Assembly (NCBI GenBank): GCA_963761805.1
Contig: CAVXIV010000014.1
Location: forward strand, 362,692 to 426,691
Direction: 5' to 3'
Length of the DNA stretch: 64,000 nt
Source: an uncultured Acidobacteriota bacterium
GTDB lineage: Bacteria; Acidobacteriota; Thermoanaerobaculia; Multivoradales; UBA5704
Numbering within the stretch: position 1 is the stretch's first letter; every line of letters begins with the position of its first letter. This document shows, piece after piece, positions 46,788 to 56,937 of the stretch. The notes beneath the pieces are model-generated. The model was given only the letters and a program-made list of their open reading frames with translations. It did not search any database and was not told the origin of the DNA. A program made the position numbers and the translations under genes.

Positions 46788-47324
46788 GTGCGCGTCTTGA
46801 TCTCCCAGGAGGACCTGGAACGCAGGGTGGCGGAGATGGCGGCGGAGATCGACCGCGACTACGCCGACAGCGACCGGCTGGTCTGCATCGGCCTGCTCAA
46901 GGGCTCGGTCTTCTTCATGGTGGACCTGCTGAAGCGGCTCACCGTGCCGGTGGCCATCGACTTCTTCCAGACCTCCAGCTACGGCTCGAGCACCACGCCG
47001 GGCGAGGTGCGCATCCGCAAGGACATCGACATGTCGATCCGCGGCAAGGACGTGCTGCTGATCGAGGACATCGTGGACACCGGCCACACGCTGCGCACGG
47101 TCCTGGGGCTGCTGCGCTTCCGCGGCGCCCGCAGCGTCAAGCTCTGCGCCCTGCTGGACAAGGTGGAGGCGCGGGAGGTCGAGATCCCGATCGACTACAA
47201 GGGCTTCGAGATCGAGAAGCTCTTCGTGGTCGGCTACGGGCTCGACTTCGACGAGCGCTACCGCAACCTCCCCTACATCGCCGTGCTCGACGAAACGGAG
47301 AACGAGGTTCCTTCCCCGTCCTGA
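46788..47324 (+). CDS. hpt: Hypoxanthine phosphoribosyltransferase
   Basis: 178 aa, GTG start. PRPP motif VLLIEDIVDTGHTL and VVGYGLDFDERYRNLPYI. Confidence 0.9.
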   Translation: MRVLISQEDLERRVAEMAAEIDRDYADSDRLVCIGLLKGSVFFMVDLLKRLTVPVAIDFFQTSSYGSSTTPGEVRIRKDIDMSIRGKDVLLIEDIVDTGHTLRTVLGLLRFRGARSVKLCALLDKVEAREVEIPIDYKGFEIEKLFVVGYGLDFDERYRNLPYIAVLDETENEVPSPS

Positions 47325-47344
47325 TTTTGCGAGAATCCGCGAAC

Positions 47345-47725
47345 ATGAAATACCACCACACGGAACAGGCGCCCGAGGCGCTCGGCCCCTACTCGCAGGC
47401 CGTCGAGATCGACGGCTGGCTCTACACCTCCGCCCAGTCCGGCCTCGATCCCGCCACCGGCGAGCTGGCGGCGGGCGGCTTCGAGGCGCAGGCGCGGCAG
47501 GTGCTGAAGAACCTCCGGGCGGTCCTGGGCACGGCCGGCTGCTCGTTCCAGGACGTGGTCCGCACCACCATCTATCTCACCGACTTCGGGAACTTCCCGG
47601 CGGTCAACAAGCTCTACGCCGAGGTGATGGAGGACCACCGGCCGGCGCGGACGACGTTGCAGGTCTCGGCGATCCCGAAAGGCGGGCTGGTGGGGATGGA
47701 CATGATCGCGCGCGTGCCGCGATAG
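47345..47725 (+). CDS. ridA: RidA/YjgF family reactive-intermediate deaminase
   Basis: 126 aa with APEALGPYSQAV...SGLDP.TGEL and VRTTIYLTD..F..VN. Confidence 0.85.
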   Translation: MKYHHTEQAPEALGPYSQAVEIDGWLYTSAQSGLDPATGELAAGGFEAQARQVLKNLRAVLGTAGCSFQDVVRTTIYLTDFGNFPAVNKLYAEVMEDHRPARTTLQVSAIPKGGLVGMDMIARVPR

Positions 47726-47727
47726 CC

Positions 47728-47771
47728 GCGGAAGCTCCGGGATCGGCGCGAAGCTTCCGCCGCCGTTTTTT
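47728..47771 (+). terminator. Candidate intrinsic terminator of ridA
   Basis: 9-bp stem gcggaagct / agcttccgc with a 15-nt loop, followed after 5 nt by TTTTTT. Confidence 0.4.
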
Positions 47772-48017
47772 AGCTTAAAAAATCGTTTTTCCAGCTCCGA
47801 CGGGGTTTATAACGGTCCGGCGGGGTTTATAACGCTCCGGCGGGGTTTATAACGCTCCGGCGGGGTTTATAACGCTCCGGCGCCGTTTTTTAAGCTCCGG
47901 CGCGGTTTTTAACGGTCCGGCGGGGTTTTTTAAGCTCCGCGGCCGTTTTTAAGGCTCCGGCGGAGTTTTTAACGGTCCGGCGGGGTTTTTAACGCTCCGG
48001 CGCCGTTTTTCGGCTCC
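47735..48017. repeat. Tandem array of about 14 copies of a 20-bp unit (consensus CTCCGGCGGGGTTTTTAACG)
   Basis: Units run in exact 20-bp register from 47795 to 48013, with three identical copies of ctccggcggggtttataacg. Degenerate copies lie upstream. The array fills the convergent ridA/ltaE intergenic gap and contains no ORF. Confidence 0.9.
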
Positions 48018-49043
48018 TCAGACCGTCGCCGACAGCCCCCGGATCTTCTCGATCGCCTGAACGACCTGTTCCCGGCTGACGTCCCGATGGGTGACGAAGC
48101 GGACCTTGTCCTGGCTCACCGGCACGGCCAGGACGCCCACCTCCCGCAATTTTTCCAGGAAAGCCATCGCGCCGCCCGAGGTCAGGCGAAAGATCACGAT
48201 GTTCGTCCGCACGGTCGCGGGGTCGAGGTCGATCCCCGGCAGCTCGGCCAGGGCCTGGGCGAGGCGGGCGGCGTTCTCGTGATCCTCGGCCAGGCGGGCC
48301 GGTCCCTGGCGCAGGGCGATCAGGCCGGCGGCGGCGAGGATGCCCACCTGGCGCATGCCGCCGCCGAACATCTTCCGCACCCGCCGCGCCTCGTGGACGA
48401 AGGCCTGGCCGCCGCAGATCAGCGAGCCGACGGGCGCGCCCAATCCCTTCGAGAGCGAGAACATCAGCGTGTCGAAGCCGGCGGCGAGGGTGGCCACCGT
48501 CGTCTCCAGCGCCACGGCGGCGTTGAAGACCCGGGCGCCGTCGAAGTGGACCGGCAGGCGGTGGCGGCGGGCCACGTCCAGGATGGCTTCCAGGCGCGGC
48601 CGGTCGTAGAGCGTGCCGCCGGCCATGTTGTGGGTGTTCTCCACCTCGATCAGCACCGTGCGGGCGCGGTAGGAGACGTCCGGCGCGATGGCCGCCTCCA
48701 CGGCGGCGGGATCGAGGAGCCCCTGGGGGGATTGCAGCGCGCGGGGCAGCAGCCCGGAGAGGGCTGCCATGGCGCCGATCTCGTAGTTCAGGATGTGGCA
48801 GGCGGCGTCGCAGATCACCTCGCCGCCGGGGCGCCCGTGCAGGTGGAGGGCGATCTGGTTGCCCATGGTGCCGGAAGGGACGAAGAGCGCCGCCTCCATC
48901 CCTGCCGCCGCCGCGCCTTCACTTTCGAGCCGGCGGACGGTGGGGTCCTCGCCGAAGACGTCGTCCCCCACTTCCGCCGCGGCCATGGCGCGGCGCATCT
49001 CCTCGTCGGGGCGGGTGACGGTGTCCGACCGCAGATCGATCAT
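48018..49043 (-). CDS. ltaE: Low-specificity L-threonine aldolase
   Basis: 341 aa. N-terminus IDLRSDTVTRP...GDDVFGEDPTV, plus GTMGNQ and FSLSKGLGAP (PLP lysine). Confidence 0.85.
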   Translation of the reverse strand: MIDLRSDTVTRPDEEMRRAMAAAEVGDDVFGEDPTVRRLESEGAAAAGMEAALFVPSGTMGNQIALHLHGRPGGEVICDAACHILNYEIGAMAALSGLLPRALQSPQGLLDPAAVEAAIAPDVSYRARTVLIEVENTHNMAGGTLYDRPRLEAILDVARRHRLPVHFDGARVFNAAVALETTVATLAAGFDTLMFSLSKGLGAPVGSLICGGQAFVHEARRVRKMFGGGMRQVGILAAAGLIALRQGPARLAEDHENAARLAQALAELPGIDLDPATVRTNIVIFRLTSGGAMAFLEKLREVGVLAVPVSQDKVRFVTHRDVSREQVVQAIEKIRGLSATV

Positions 49044-49057
49044 CGGGCTTCCTCCTC

Positions 49058-49795
49058 CTAGAATCCGAATCCTATCCGCAAGGCTCCCTGGAGCACCTCG
49101 CCCTTCTCCAGCTCGACCGTGATCTTGGGAAGCAGGAGGTTCAACGTCACGCCGGCGTAGAGCACGCCTTCGGTCTCTTCCTCTTCCAGGTCCCCCAGGA
49201 GATCCCCCCTGTCCAGCGTCCCCTTGCTGTAGACGACGCCGCCGCCGATGTAGGGGGTCAGAACCGTGAACCCTTTGCTCAGCAGCACCTCGGCCCCGTA
49301 CTGGTCGAGCTCGTAGGCCTCGGCGTCCAGGGTGCGCGTGCCGGTGACGCGGACGGACAGGGCCGGCTTGATCAGGCCCCCCTTGAGGATGGCGTACTGG
49401 AGATCGGCCGAGAGCAGCTTGACGTCCCCCTCCAGGGCCCGGCCGTAGGCGAGCCCGATGTCGAAGCCGCCGGGCAGCCCCTTGCGGGCGCCGATCCGGG
49501 CGATGGAAAGGAAGCCGCCGGTGAAATCGCCGTCGATCGCCGTGCCGACGAAATCCTCGTCGTCGAATTCCTCGTCGTAGGTGGCGTCGGCGTAGACCTC
49601 GAAGCCGATCAGCCCCAGGGGCGCGGCGCCGTGGCGGGGATAATGGTAGGCGTCGAAGCTGAAATGGCGGTGGAAGGCGCTGAAGTCCTCGGCCGTGGCG
49701 TTCCGGCTCACCTCCCAGGCCTGAGCGGGGGCGAGCGCCACGAGGGCGAGCAGCGTGAGGATCAGCAGGATCTCAGGACGCGGGCGTCGGGGCAT
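49058..49795 (-). CDS. Outer-membrane beta-barrel protein, unknown function
   Basis: Signal peptide ...LAPAQA, beta-strand periodicity, and a C-terminal ...LRIGFGF. Confidence 0.55.
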   Translation of the reverse strand: MPRRPRPEILLILTLLALVALAPAQAWEVSRNATAEDFSAFHRHFSFDAYHYPRHGAAPLGLIGFEVYADATYDEEFDDEDFVGTAIDGDFTGGFLSIARIGARKGLPGGFDIGLAYGRALEGDVKLLSADLQYAILKGGLIKPALSVRVTGTRTLDAEAYELDQYGAEVLLSKGFTVLTPYIGGGVVYSKGTLDRGDLLGDLEEEETEGVLYAGVTLNLLLPKITVELEKGEVLQGALRIGFGF

Positions 49796-50768
49796 CAGGG
49801 TCTCTCCAGGTGTCGTCGTCCACGTATTCGGCGAGAAGGGAGGCGAGACGCTCGGACTCCCCCGTCTCCGCCACCTCGGCGGCGATCTCGCGGCTCAGGG
49901 GATCGAAGGGCAGGACGCCCAGGTTTCCCTCCCGGGCCAGGGCCTCCAGATCATAGGACGTGCGGTCGGTCCAGCGGGCGTCGCGCCAGAGCGCCTGCCC
50001 CGTCTCCACGGGACGGCCGAGGCGCGACCAGACCTCCGCGGCCAGGGCCAGCACGCCGCCGATGCGGCGGTTGCCGGCGCCCAGCAGCGGCGGGCGCGGC
50101 AGGGGCCGGGGCAGGAAGGGTGCGAGGCCGTGGCGGTGGGCCACCCGGGCGAAGTCGCGCTCGCTCGGCGGCTCGCGATGGAACAGGGCTTCGAAGGCGT
50201 CCTCTTCCTGGTCCTTGCCCCATCGCTCCGCCAGCCGGCGGCGGTCGGCGGGCTGCAAGGCCGGGGAGAGGGCCTGGACGCAGCGGACACCTGCCGCGGC
50301 GAGGTCCCGGCAGCCGAGCTCCCATAGGGCGGGATCGTCGGTCAGCGCCGGCAGCAGCGGCCAGACCGCGGTCGAGCCGGCGGGAAGGCGGCGCAGGCGG
50401 CCGAGGTCGCGGTCCAGCAGGGCGGGCAGGAGATCGACCACGAACGCCGCCCCGGACACGGGCGGGACGGTGGTCTCCTCGCCCGTCAGGAGCTGGACCA
50501 GCACGGGCGTGCCCGCCACCAGCCGGGCCTTGGCCAGCTCGTCGCGGGCCGCGGCGCGGCGCGCGGGCACGGGCGGGAAGTAGAGGACGTCGTCGAGCGA
50601 GGCCTCCGCCGCCTTATTGATCGCGGGCGTGCGGCCCTTGGGAGCGCGCGCCCATTCGCCGAGGACGCCGGCGGCCAGGTTCACCCAGGGGCGGTCCGGC
50701 GGCTCCCAGGCGCGGGGGACGTAGCGGATCCAGAACCGGCCCGGCTCGGGGAACTGGGACGAGGTCAC
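49773..50768 (-). CDS. Hypothetical protein
   Basis: 331-aa ORF in the coding-like frame, overlapping the neighbouring genes at both ends. No motif recognised. Confidence 0.45.
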   Translation of the reverse strand: MTSSQFPEPGRFWIRYVPRAWEPPDRPWVNLAAGVLGEWARAPKGRTPAINKAAEASLDDVLYFPPVPARRAAARDELAKARLVAGTPVLVQLLTGEETTVPPVSGAAFVVDLLPALLDRDLGRLRRLPAGSTAVWPLLPALTDDPALWELGCRDLAAAGVRCVQALSPALQPADRRRLAERWGKDQEEDAFEALFHREPPSERDFARVAHRHGLAPFLPRPLPRPPLLGAGNRRIGGVLALAAEVWSRLGRPVETGQALWRDARWTDRTSYDLEALAREGNLGVLPFDPLSREIAAEVAETGESERLASLLAEYVDDDTWRDPDAPTPAS

Positions 50769-51385
50769 GGAAGCGGGGCCACCAGGCCGCGGGCGGCGAG
50801 GATGCGGTAGACGTACTTGCCCAGCACGTCCACTTCCACGTTGACCCGGTCGCCCGGCACGCGGCGGGCGAGGGTGGTGATCTCCAGGGTGTGAGGGATC
50901 AGCGCCACCTCGAAGCGGTCCGGGAGGAGCGCCGAGACGGTGAGGCTGACGCCGTCGACCGTGACCGAGCCCTTCTCCACCAGATACGGCGCCAGCTCCT
51001 CCGGGATCGAGAACGCGAGGACCCGGTGCTCCGTCAGGTCGCGCCGGTCCACGACCGTCGCCGTGCCGTCCACGTGCCCCTGGACCATGTGGCCGCCGAG
51101 GGCATCGCCCGCGCGCAGGGCCGGCTCCAGGTTGACCTCGTCGCCGGCGCGAAGACCATCCAGGTTGGTCCTGGAGATCGTCTCGGGGGACAGCTCGACC
51201 GTCACCCGATCGCTCCCCTTCTCCGTGACCGTCAGGCAGACGCCGGACATCGCGACGCTATCCCCGATGCCGAGGCGCCCGCAGAGCCCCGGGCTCATCG
51301 CCACGACGAGGCGCACCCCGCCCTGGCCCGAGGGGATCGGGTCTTCGATCAGACGCCCACGCTCGACAACAAGGCCGGTAAACAT
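50765..51385 (-). CDS. ribE: Riboflavin synthase
   Basis: MFTGLV..RG, with GDSVAMSGVCLTV and GSVTVDGVSLTV as the duplicated lumazine-binding repeats. Confidence 0.9.
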   Translation of the reverse strand: MFTGLVVERGRLIEDPIPSGQGGVRLVVAMSPGLCGRLGIGDSVAMSGVCLTVTEKGSDRVTVELSPETISRTNLDGLRAGDEVNLEPALRAGDALGGHMVQGHVDGTATVVDRRDLTEHRVLAFSIPEELAPYLVEKGSVTVDGVSLTVSALLPDRFEVALIPHTLEITTLARRVPGDRVNVEVDVLGKYVYRILAARGLVAPLP

Positions 51386-52356
51386 CCGTGTCTATACGCC
51401 GTCAGGATCAGATCGCCGCCGCGCCGGCGGGCCTCGAAGCTCTCCAGCCGCGCCGCCGCGTCCAGGGCCTGGAAGCCTTCGCCGCCCAGCGGTCCCGGCG
51501 CGCCCTGGCCGCCGATGAGGAGCGGCGCGCAGTCGACCATGACCCGGTCGTAGCAGCCGCTCGAAACGAAGCTGGAGAGCACCTCGGCCCCGCCCTCCAC
51601 CAGCACGCTCCGGATACCGCGAGCGTAGAGGTCCGCGAGCACCGACGCGGGCTCCACCGAGGGGAGGACAACCACCTCCGCGCGCCTGGGGCTGGCCGCC
51701 TGAGTGTATATCAGCACCGGTCCCTCGACCGTGAAGAGCCGGGCCTCGGGAGGGACGCGCAGCCGGCGGTCCATCACGACCCGCACATTGGGTCCGGCGG
51801 CGAGCCCCAGGCGGCGGTCCAATCGAGGATCGTCCGCCAGCACGGTGCCGCTGCCGACCAGGATGGCGTCGTGCTCTTCCCGCAGGGCCAGGGCCCAGCG
51901 CCTCCCCTGTTCCGAGGAGATCCACTGGCTCTGCCCGGTGGCGGTGGCGATGCGGCCGTCCAGGCTCATGGCCCACTTGAGGGTCACGGCCGGCCGTTGC
52001 AGGGTGGCGGCGATCAGGAAACGGAGATTGAGGCGGACGGCCTCCTCGGCCAGCGTTCCCGTCTCGACCGCCACGCCCGCTTCCCGCAGCTTCTGGAAGC
52101 CGCGGCCGGAGACGCGGGGGTCGGGATCGCCGTGGCACGCCACCACGCGGGAGATCCCGGCGGCGAGCACGGCGTCCGCGCAGGGAGGCGTGCGGCCGAA
52201 GTGGGAGCAGGGCTCCAGGGTGACGTAGAGGGTGGCGCCGCGGGCCCGCTCCCCGGCCTCGCGCAGGGCCTCGGCCTCGGCGTGGGGACCGCCCACCCGG
52301 CGGTGCCAGCCGCTCCCCACGACCTCGCCGTCCTTGACCAGGACGGCGCCGACCAT
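51349..52356 (-). CDS. ribD: Bifunctional riboflavin biosynthesis deaminase/reductase RibD (start uncertain)
   Basis: Motifs HAEAEAL and TLEPCSHFGRTPPC, with a reductase half. The conserved N-terminal residues [24 protein letters not shown] lie in frame upstream of the first ATG (to about 52440) without an ATG, GTG or TTG. Confidence 0.85.
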   Translation of the reverse strand: MVGAVLVKDGEVVGSGWHRRVGGPHAEAEALREAGERARGATLYVTLEPCSHFGRTPPCADAVLAAGISRVVACHGDPDPRVSGRGFQKLREAGVAVETGTLAEEAVRLNLRFLIAATLQRPAVTLKWAMSLDGRIATATGQSQWISSEQGRRWALALREEHDAILVGSGTVLADDPRLDRRLGLAAGPNVRVVMDRRLRVPPEARLFTVEGPVLIYTQAASPRRAEVVVLPSVEPASVLADLYARGIRSVLVEGGAEVLSSFVSSGCYDRVMVDCAPLLIGGQGAPGPLGGEGFQALDAAARLESFEARRRGGDLILTAYRHGCLPALLSSVGV

Positions 52357-52426
52357 GGGGTTGGGCGACGTGCGGTAGCGTCCGCGAGCGGCGAGGCGGA
52401 GGGCCTGCCGCAGACGCCGGAGGTCC

Positions 52427-53410
52427 TCAGCCGAGGAGGGCAGTGGCGAACTCCCGAGGCCGGAAATCCACCAGGTCCTCGGCCTTCTCCCCGACGCCCA
52501 GGTAGAGCACGGGGAGCCGCAGCTCGCGGGCGATGGCCACCACCATGCCGCCCTTGGCCGTGCCGTCGATCTTGGCCAGCAGCACGCCGTCGATGGGCAC
52601 CACCTGGCTGAAGGTCTTGGCCTGGGCCAGGGCGTTCTGCCCGGTGGTGGCGTCGAGCACCAGGATGGTCCGCTTCTGCCAGTCGGCGGCCTCGCGGTCG
52701 ATGACGCGGCGGACCTTGCCCAGCTCGGCCATCAGGTGGTCTTTGGTGTGGAGGCGGCCGGCGGTGTCGACGATGAGCTGGTCGATCCTGCGCGCCTTGG
52801 CCGCGTGGATGGCGTCGTAGATCACGGCGCCGGGGTCCGCCCCCTGGCTCTGGCGGATGACCTCGACGCCCAGCCGCTCGCCCCAGAGCGCGAGCTGCTC
52901 GATGGCGGCGGCGCGGAAGGTGTCGCCGGCGGCCAGCATCACCCGCTCCCCCCGCTGCTGGTGTCGCCGGGCGAGCTTGGCGATGGAGGTGGTCTTGCCG
53001 ACGCCGTTGACGCCCACCACCAGGGTCAGCATCGGCCCGCGGCCGAAGGTACGCGGGCGCGGCATCTCGGCCAACACATCCGCGATCTCGTCCGAGAGGA
53101 GCTTGCGGAGGCGGGAGGGGCTGGTGACCTGCTCCTTGAGAGCGTTCTTCTTGACGCGCTCCACCAGCTCCAGCGAGGTCTCCACCCCCATGTCGGCGCC
53201 GATGAGGACCTCCTCGAGGTACTCGATCGTGCGGTCGTCGAGGACCACGTTGTCGCTCACCGCGGCGGAGACCTTCTCGATGATCTCCGTATGGGTCATG
53301 AAGAGCCCGCGCTTCAACTTTCCCCAGAAATTCGCCTTCTCCTCTTCTTCGGGAAGACGCGTCTCGGGCGCGAGCTCCAGGATGTCGTTCTTCTTGGGTT
53401 CGTCCGCCAT
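52427..53410 (-). CDS. ftsY: Signal recognition particle receptor FtsY
   Basis: MADEPKKN...; NG domain motifs [14 protein letters not shown] and [10 protein letters not shown]-like ([10 protein letters not shown]). Confidence 0.9.
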   Translation of the reverse strand: MADEPKKNDILELAPETRLPEEEEKANFWGKLKRGLFMTHTEIIEKVSAAVSDNVVLDDRTIEYLEEVLIGADMGVETSLELVERVKKNALKEQVTSPSRLRKLLSDEIADVLAEMPRPRTFGRGPMLTLVVGVNGVGKTTSIAKLARRHQQRGERVMLAAGDTFRAAAIEQLALWGERLGVEVIRQSQGADPGAVIYDAIHAAKARRIDQLIVDTAGRLHTKDHLMAELGKVRRVIDREAADWQKRTILVLDATTGQNALAQAKTFSQVVPIDGVLLAKIDGTAKGGMVVAIARELRLPVLYLGVGEKAEDLVDFRPREFATALLG

Positions 53411-53446
53411 AACGCCGCCCATGATATCGCGGGGGCCCGCAGAGAG

Positions 53447-53545
53447 GGGACACGGACGAACACGGACGAACAAAGACCGACAAGGACAACAGAGGACGCC
53501 GTGTTCGTCCTTGTCGGTCCGTGTTCGTCCGTGTTGTCCTTTTCC
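53447..53545. repeat. Imperfect long hairpin of about 100 bp made of GGAC(G/A)AAC-type units
   Basis: acggacgaac (twice), gaccgacaa and ggacaac face gttcgtccgt, ttgtcggtc and gttgtcc. It ends in tccttttcc, as the 15268..15469 element ends in tcctttcc. It lies between the roadblock gene and ftsY. Confidence 0.6.
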
Positions 53546-53916
53546 TACGTCGGAAACAGCTCGCGCGTGAGCTGCTCGACCGCGTCGTTCAGGGTGGCGC
53601 GGGCGCGGCCGACCAGGGCGGGATGGCGCTGGACCAGGGCCAGGTGGTAGCCGTCCGGCAGGGGCACGACGTAGATGTGCAGGTCCCGCTTCTCGATGTG
53701 GATCATCCGCGGCTCGCCGAGGTCGTTGGTGGCGAGGAGCTTCTCCATCTGGCGGAGATAGATCCCCAGGTAGGCGCCGATGACCCGCATCTCGTAAGGG
53801 GTGAAGCCCTCGCCGCAGGCGAGATCGACCGTCTCGCCGGTGTTGTCGAGGAACAGGGCGCCCAGGGCGTGATCGTTGTTGGCCAGCAGGTTGGCGAGGA
53901 CGTACTCGAAAGCCAT
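53545..53916 (-). CDS. Roadblock/LC7 (MglB-like) domain protein
   Basis: 123 aa with GAGGAG upstream. The alpha-beta-alpha pattern ([12 protein letters not shown]...[16 protein letters not shown]) fits the Robl_LC7 fold. Confidence 0.5.
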   Translation of the reverse strand: MAFEYVLANLLANNDHALGALFLDNTGETVDLACGEGFTPYEMRVIGAYLGIYLRQMEKLLATNDLGEPRMIHIEKRDLHIYVVPLPDGYHLALVQRHPALVGRARATLNDAVEQLTRELFPT

Positions 53917-53930
53917 GCGGGGAACTGCGA

Positions 53931-55702
53931 CTCCTCAGCGCTAGCGTTGGCCGCCCACGGCCCGCGCTTCGACTTCCGGGGATTCGGGCGCGGGCCGGAC
54001 GCGCCGGGGCCACGCGGATCTCGCCGGCCTCGAAGGCGCGGAGGAACGCGGTGACGATCTTGGCGTCGAACCGGCTGCCGGTCAGGCGCGTGATCGTCTC
54101 GACCGCGAACTGCAGGCTGTAGGCCTGCTGGTAGGGGCGGTTGGTGGTGATGGCGTCGAAGGTGTCGGCCACCCCGACGATGCGGGCGAAGAGCGGGATC
54201 TGCTCGCCCTTGAGCCCGTCCGGGTAGCCGCGGCCGTTCCAGGCCTCGTGGTGCGAGCGGATGGCCGGGATCATCTCCTTGAGCTGCTCGATGGGGACCA
54301 TGATGTCGGCGCCGATCACGGTGTGCAGCTTCATCTGCTCGTACTCGTCGGGCGTCAGCACGCCCTCCTTGCGGAGGATGCGGTCCTCGACGCCGATCTT
54401 GCCGACGTCGTGGAGCAGCGCGCCGATCCAGATCTTGTGCTGCACCTCTTCCGGGAGCTGCAGGTAGCGGGCGATGGTGCGGCTGTAGGCGGCCACGCGC
54501 TCGGAGTGGCCGCGGGTGTAGGGGTCCTTGGCGTCGACGGCGGCCACGAAGGCGCGCAGGGAGCCGATGAACAGCTCGCGGTTGGCCTGGGCCGCCTGCC
54601 GGAGCTGCTGGACGTAGGTGGCGACGTGGCCGCTCATGCGGTTGAAATCCTCGGCCAGGTCGGCCAGCTCGAAGGTCAGCCCCTGCATCTCCAGGCGTCC
54701 GCCGAAGTTGCCGTCGGCGATCTGGTGCGTGGTGTCAGCCAGACGCTGGATGGGCTGGCTCACCCACCGCGCCGCCAGATAGGAGAAGAAGAGCGACAGG
54801 GCGACGAGCAGGGCCGTCGAGAGCACGGCGTTGAAGATCATCTTGTTGACGGCGCCGAACGCCTCCGAGACCGGCTTCTGCACGACCAGTCCCCAGCCGC
54901 TCTCCTGAAGGTCGCTCACCTGGGCGAACACTTCGCGGGGACCCTTGGGAGTCTTGATCTCGTTTTCCCAGGTCATCGTCAGGGGACGGCTCACGAAAGC
55001 CTGGAGGAGGGCCGGATCGAGAGGGACTCTCTCAGTTCCCTGGCCGCGGCTTTCCCACAGGACTTTCCCCTCGCGGGTGATCAGGAAGACGCCGACGCCC
55101 TGGGCCTCCATCTTCTCCGCGATCCCCTCCAGAGGAACGAAACGGAGCTGGGCTTCCACGATGAGCCTGGGGGCTCCCTGAACGAGGACAGGCACCGCCA
55201 GGATGATCTGCGGAGCCCGATCGGTCCCCGCGGCGACCACCCGGTAGGCGGGAGTCTTGCGCGTCCGCGCCTCCTCGAACGCGGCGTTCATGACGGTCTC
55301 GACCTCGCGGCTGAGCCGGGGTCCCAGACCCTCCCCCAGCACGGGATCGAGCACGCGCAACGCCACCATGTCCGGATTCGACCGCAGGCTCTTCAGGTGC
55401 TCTCCGACCCAGGGCTCGCGCAGCCGCGCCGACGGGTCCTCGGGGCCGGGCATCGCCAGGATGCCGCCGCCGATCTGCGCGACCTGCTGGCGGACTCCCA
55501 CCAGATAGGAGTTCATCTCGCGGGAAAAAGCCTCGGCGTCGACGGTCAGCTTGTCGCGCTCGCTCTTCCGCAGCACGTCCTCGCTCTGGCGGATCAGCAC
55601 GAAGCTGCTGATCCCGAGAGGGATGATGCCGACCAGAAGCAGTGCTACGACCAGAACGGTCCGCAGCTTGAGGCGGCGAAGGAGGCTTCGGCGGTTCGTC
55701 AT
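53931..55702 (-). CDS. Membrane sensor with HAMP and HD-GYP (c-di-GMP phosphodiesterase-type) domains; C-terminal tail probably frameshifted
   Basis: An N-terminal TM segment, a periplasmic domain and a second TM, then HAMP (QPIQRLADTTHQIADGNF). HD-GYP motifs HSERV, HDVGKIG and HHEAWNGRGYP. As assembled, the frame reads on through the next two genes. A TAG at 53931..53933 in another frame, just before the roadblock RBS, is the likely true stop. Confidence 0.7.
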
Positions 55703-55729
55703 GACCGGGATTCGGAATCTCGACCGCTG

Positions 55730-55758
55730 ATTATAGCCCGGCCGGCAGGAGTAAAGAA
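55730..55758 (-). promoter_or_regulatory. Candidate sigma70-type promoter for the HD-GYP operon
   Basis: On the minus strand TTCTTT-N17-TATAAT. A perfect -10 hexamer stands out in GC-rich DNA. It lies about 28 nt upstream of ATG 55702. Confidence 0.35.
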
Positions 55759-55789
55759 GGAGGGGATGAAGAGATATTGAAAATTGCCG

Positions 55790-56903
55790 CTACGGGGCTC
55801 CCAGCGGATCGGTCAGGAACCGCCTCAGCTCGTCCACGACCTCGCTCTGGGGAACCTCGTCGGTCATCCATCCCTCCCCCAGGTCTTTCGCCAGGACCCA
55901 GACCAGCCCGGACTCGCGCGCCTTCTTGTCGCGCGCCATCAGGTCCATCAGCCTCTCCGGATTCAGCTCGGGCAGCGGCGGCAGCTCCAGGCGGCGGATC
56001 AGGCGTCCGGACGCGCTCCGCGACCTGCCGGAGGAAGCCCGCGCCGCACGGCCAGCCGCAGGGCGAAGAGGATGCCGTAGCCCACGGCCTCGCCGTGGCG
56101 GAGGCCCGCGTAGCCGCAGGCGGACTCGATGGCGTGGCCCAGGGTGTGGCCGAAGTTGAGGAGGCGGCGATCCCCCTGCTCCGTGGGATCGCGCTCCACC
56201 ACCGCGATCTTGGCGGCGGCGGCGGCGGCCACCACCGGGCCGAGGGCGGCCGGATCGCCGTCGAGGAGGATCTCCAGCTCCTTCTCCAGGAGCCCGAAGA
56301 GGTCCGGATCGAGGAGCGCGGCCATCTTGATCACCTCGACGAGGCCGGAGCGCAGCTCTTCCCGCGGCAGGCTCGGCAGGACCGAGGTGTCGCAGACCAC
56401 CGACCGGGGGTGATGGAAGAGGCCGACGGTGTTCTTGCCGCCGGGGAGGTCGACGCCCGTCTTGCCGCCGATCGAGGCGTCCACCTGGGCGAGGAGGGTG
56501 GTGGGGATCTGGACGAACTCGATGCCGCGCAGGAAGCAGCCGGCGGTGAAGCCAGCGAGGTCGCCCACGCTGCCGCCGCCGAAGGCGATCAGCCGGCTGT
56601 CGCGCTTGCCGCCGGCGGCGAGCATCTCGTTCCACAGCCGCTCGGCCGTCGCCACCGTCTTGGCCGGCTCCCCCTCCTCCACCTCCAGCATCACCCACCG
56701 CGCCGCCGCCCGCGCCAGCGGCTCCAGGCGGTCCCCATGGAGGGCGTGGACCCGGGGCGTGGTGACCACGAACACCGTCCGCCCGCGGCCCCACTCCGCC
56801 AATTCCGGGGAAGCGAAGGCCAGGGCGTCCGCCCCCACGATGACAGGGGTCACGCCGTCGGGATGATGCAGGCGGAGGGTGCTGGCGGTCTGGTCGGGTC
56901 CAT
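55790..56903 (-). pseudogene. aroB: 3-dehydroquinate synthase, at least one frameshift as assembled
   Basis: Motifs GGGSVGDLAGF, PTTLLAQVDASIGGKTGV and FGHTLGHAIE. The C-terminus LIRRLELPPLPELNPERLMDLMARDKKA... is in another frame, with break(s) near 56000-56040. The N-terminal start is also unclear (GTG 56853, or ATG 56903 with a shift). Confidence 0.75.
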
Positions 56904-56937
56904 GGTGACGGGGGATCGTACACCATGGACGACGAGG

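Noticed and set aside
47735-48017. CRISPR array
   Set aside because: The 20-bp units are directly contiguous with no unique spacers. The unit is shorter than known CRISPR repeats, and no cas genes are in the window.
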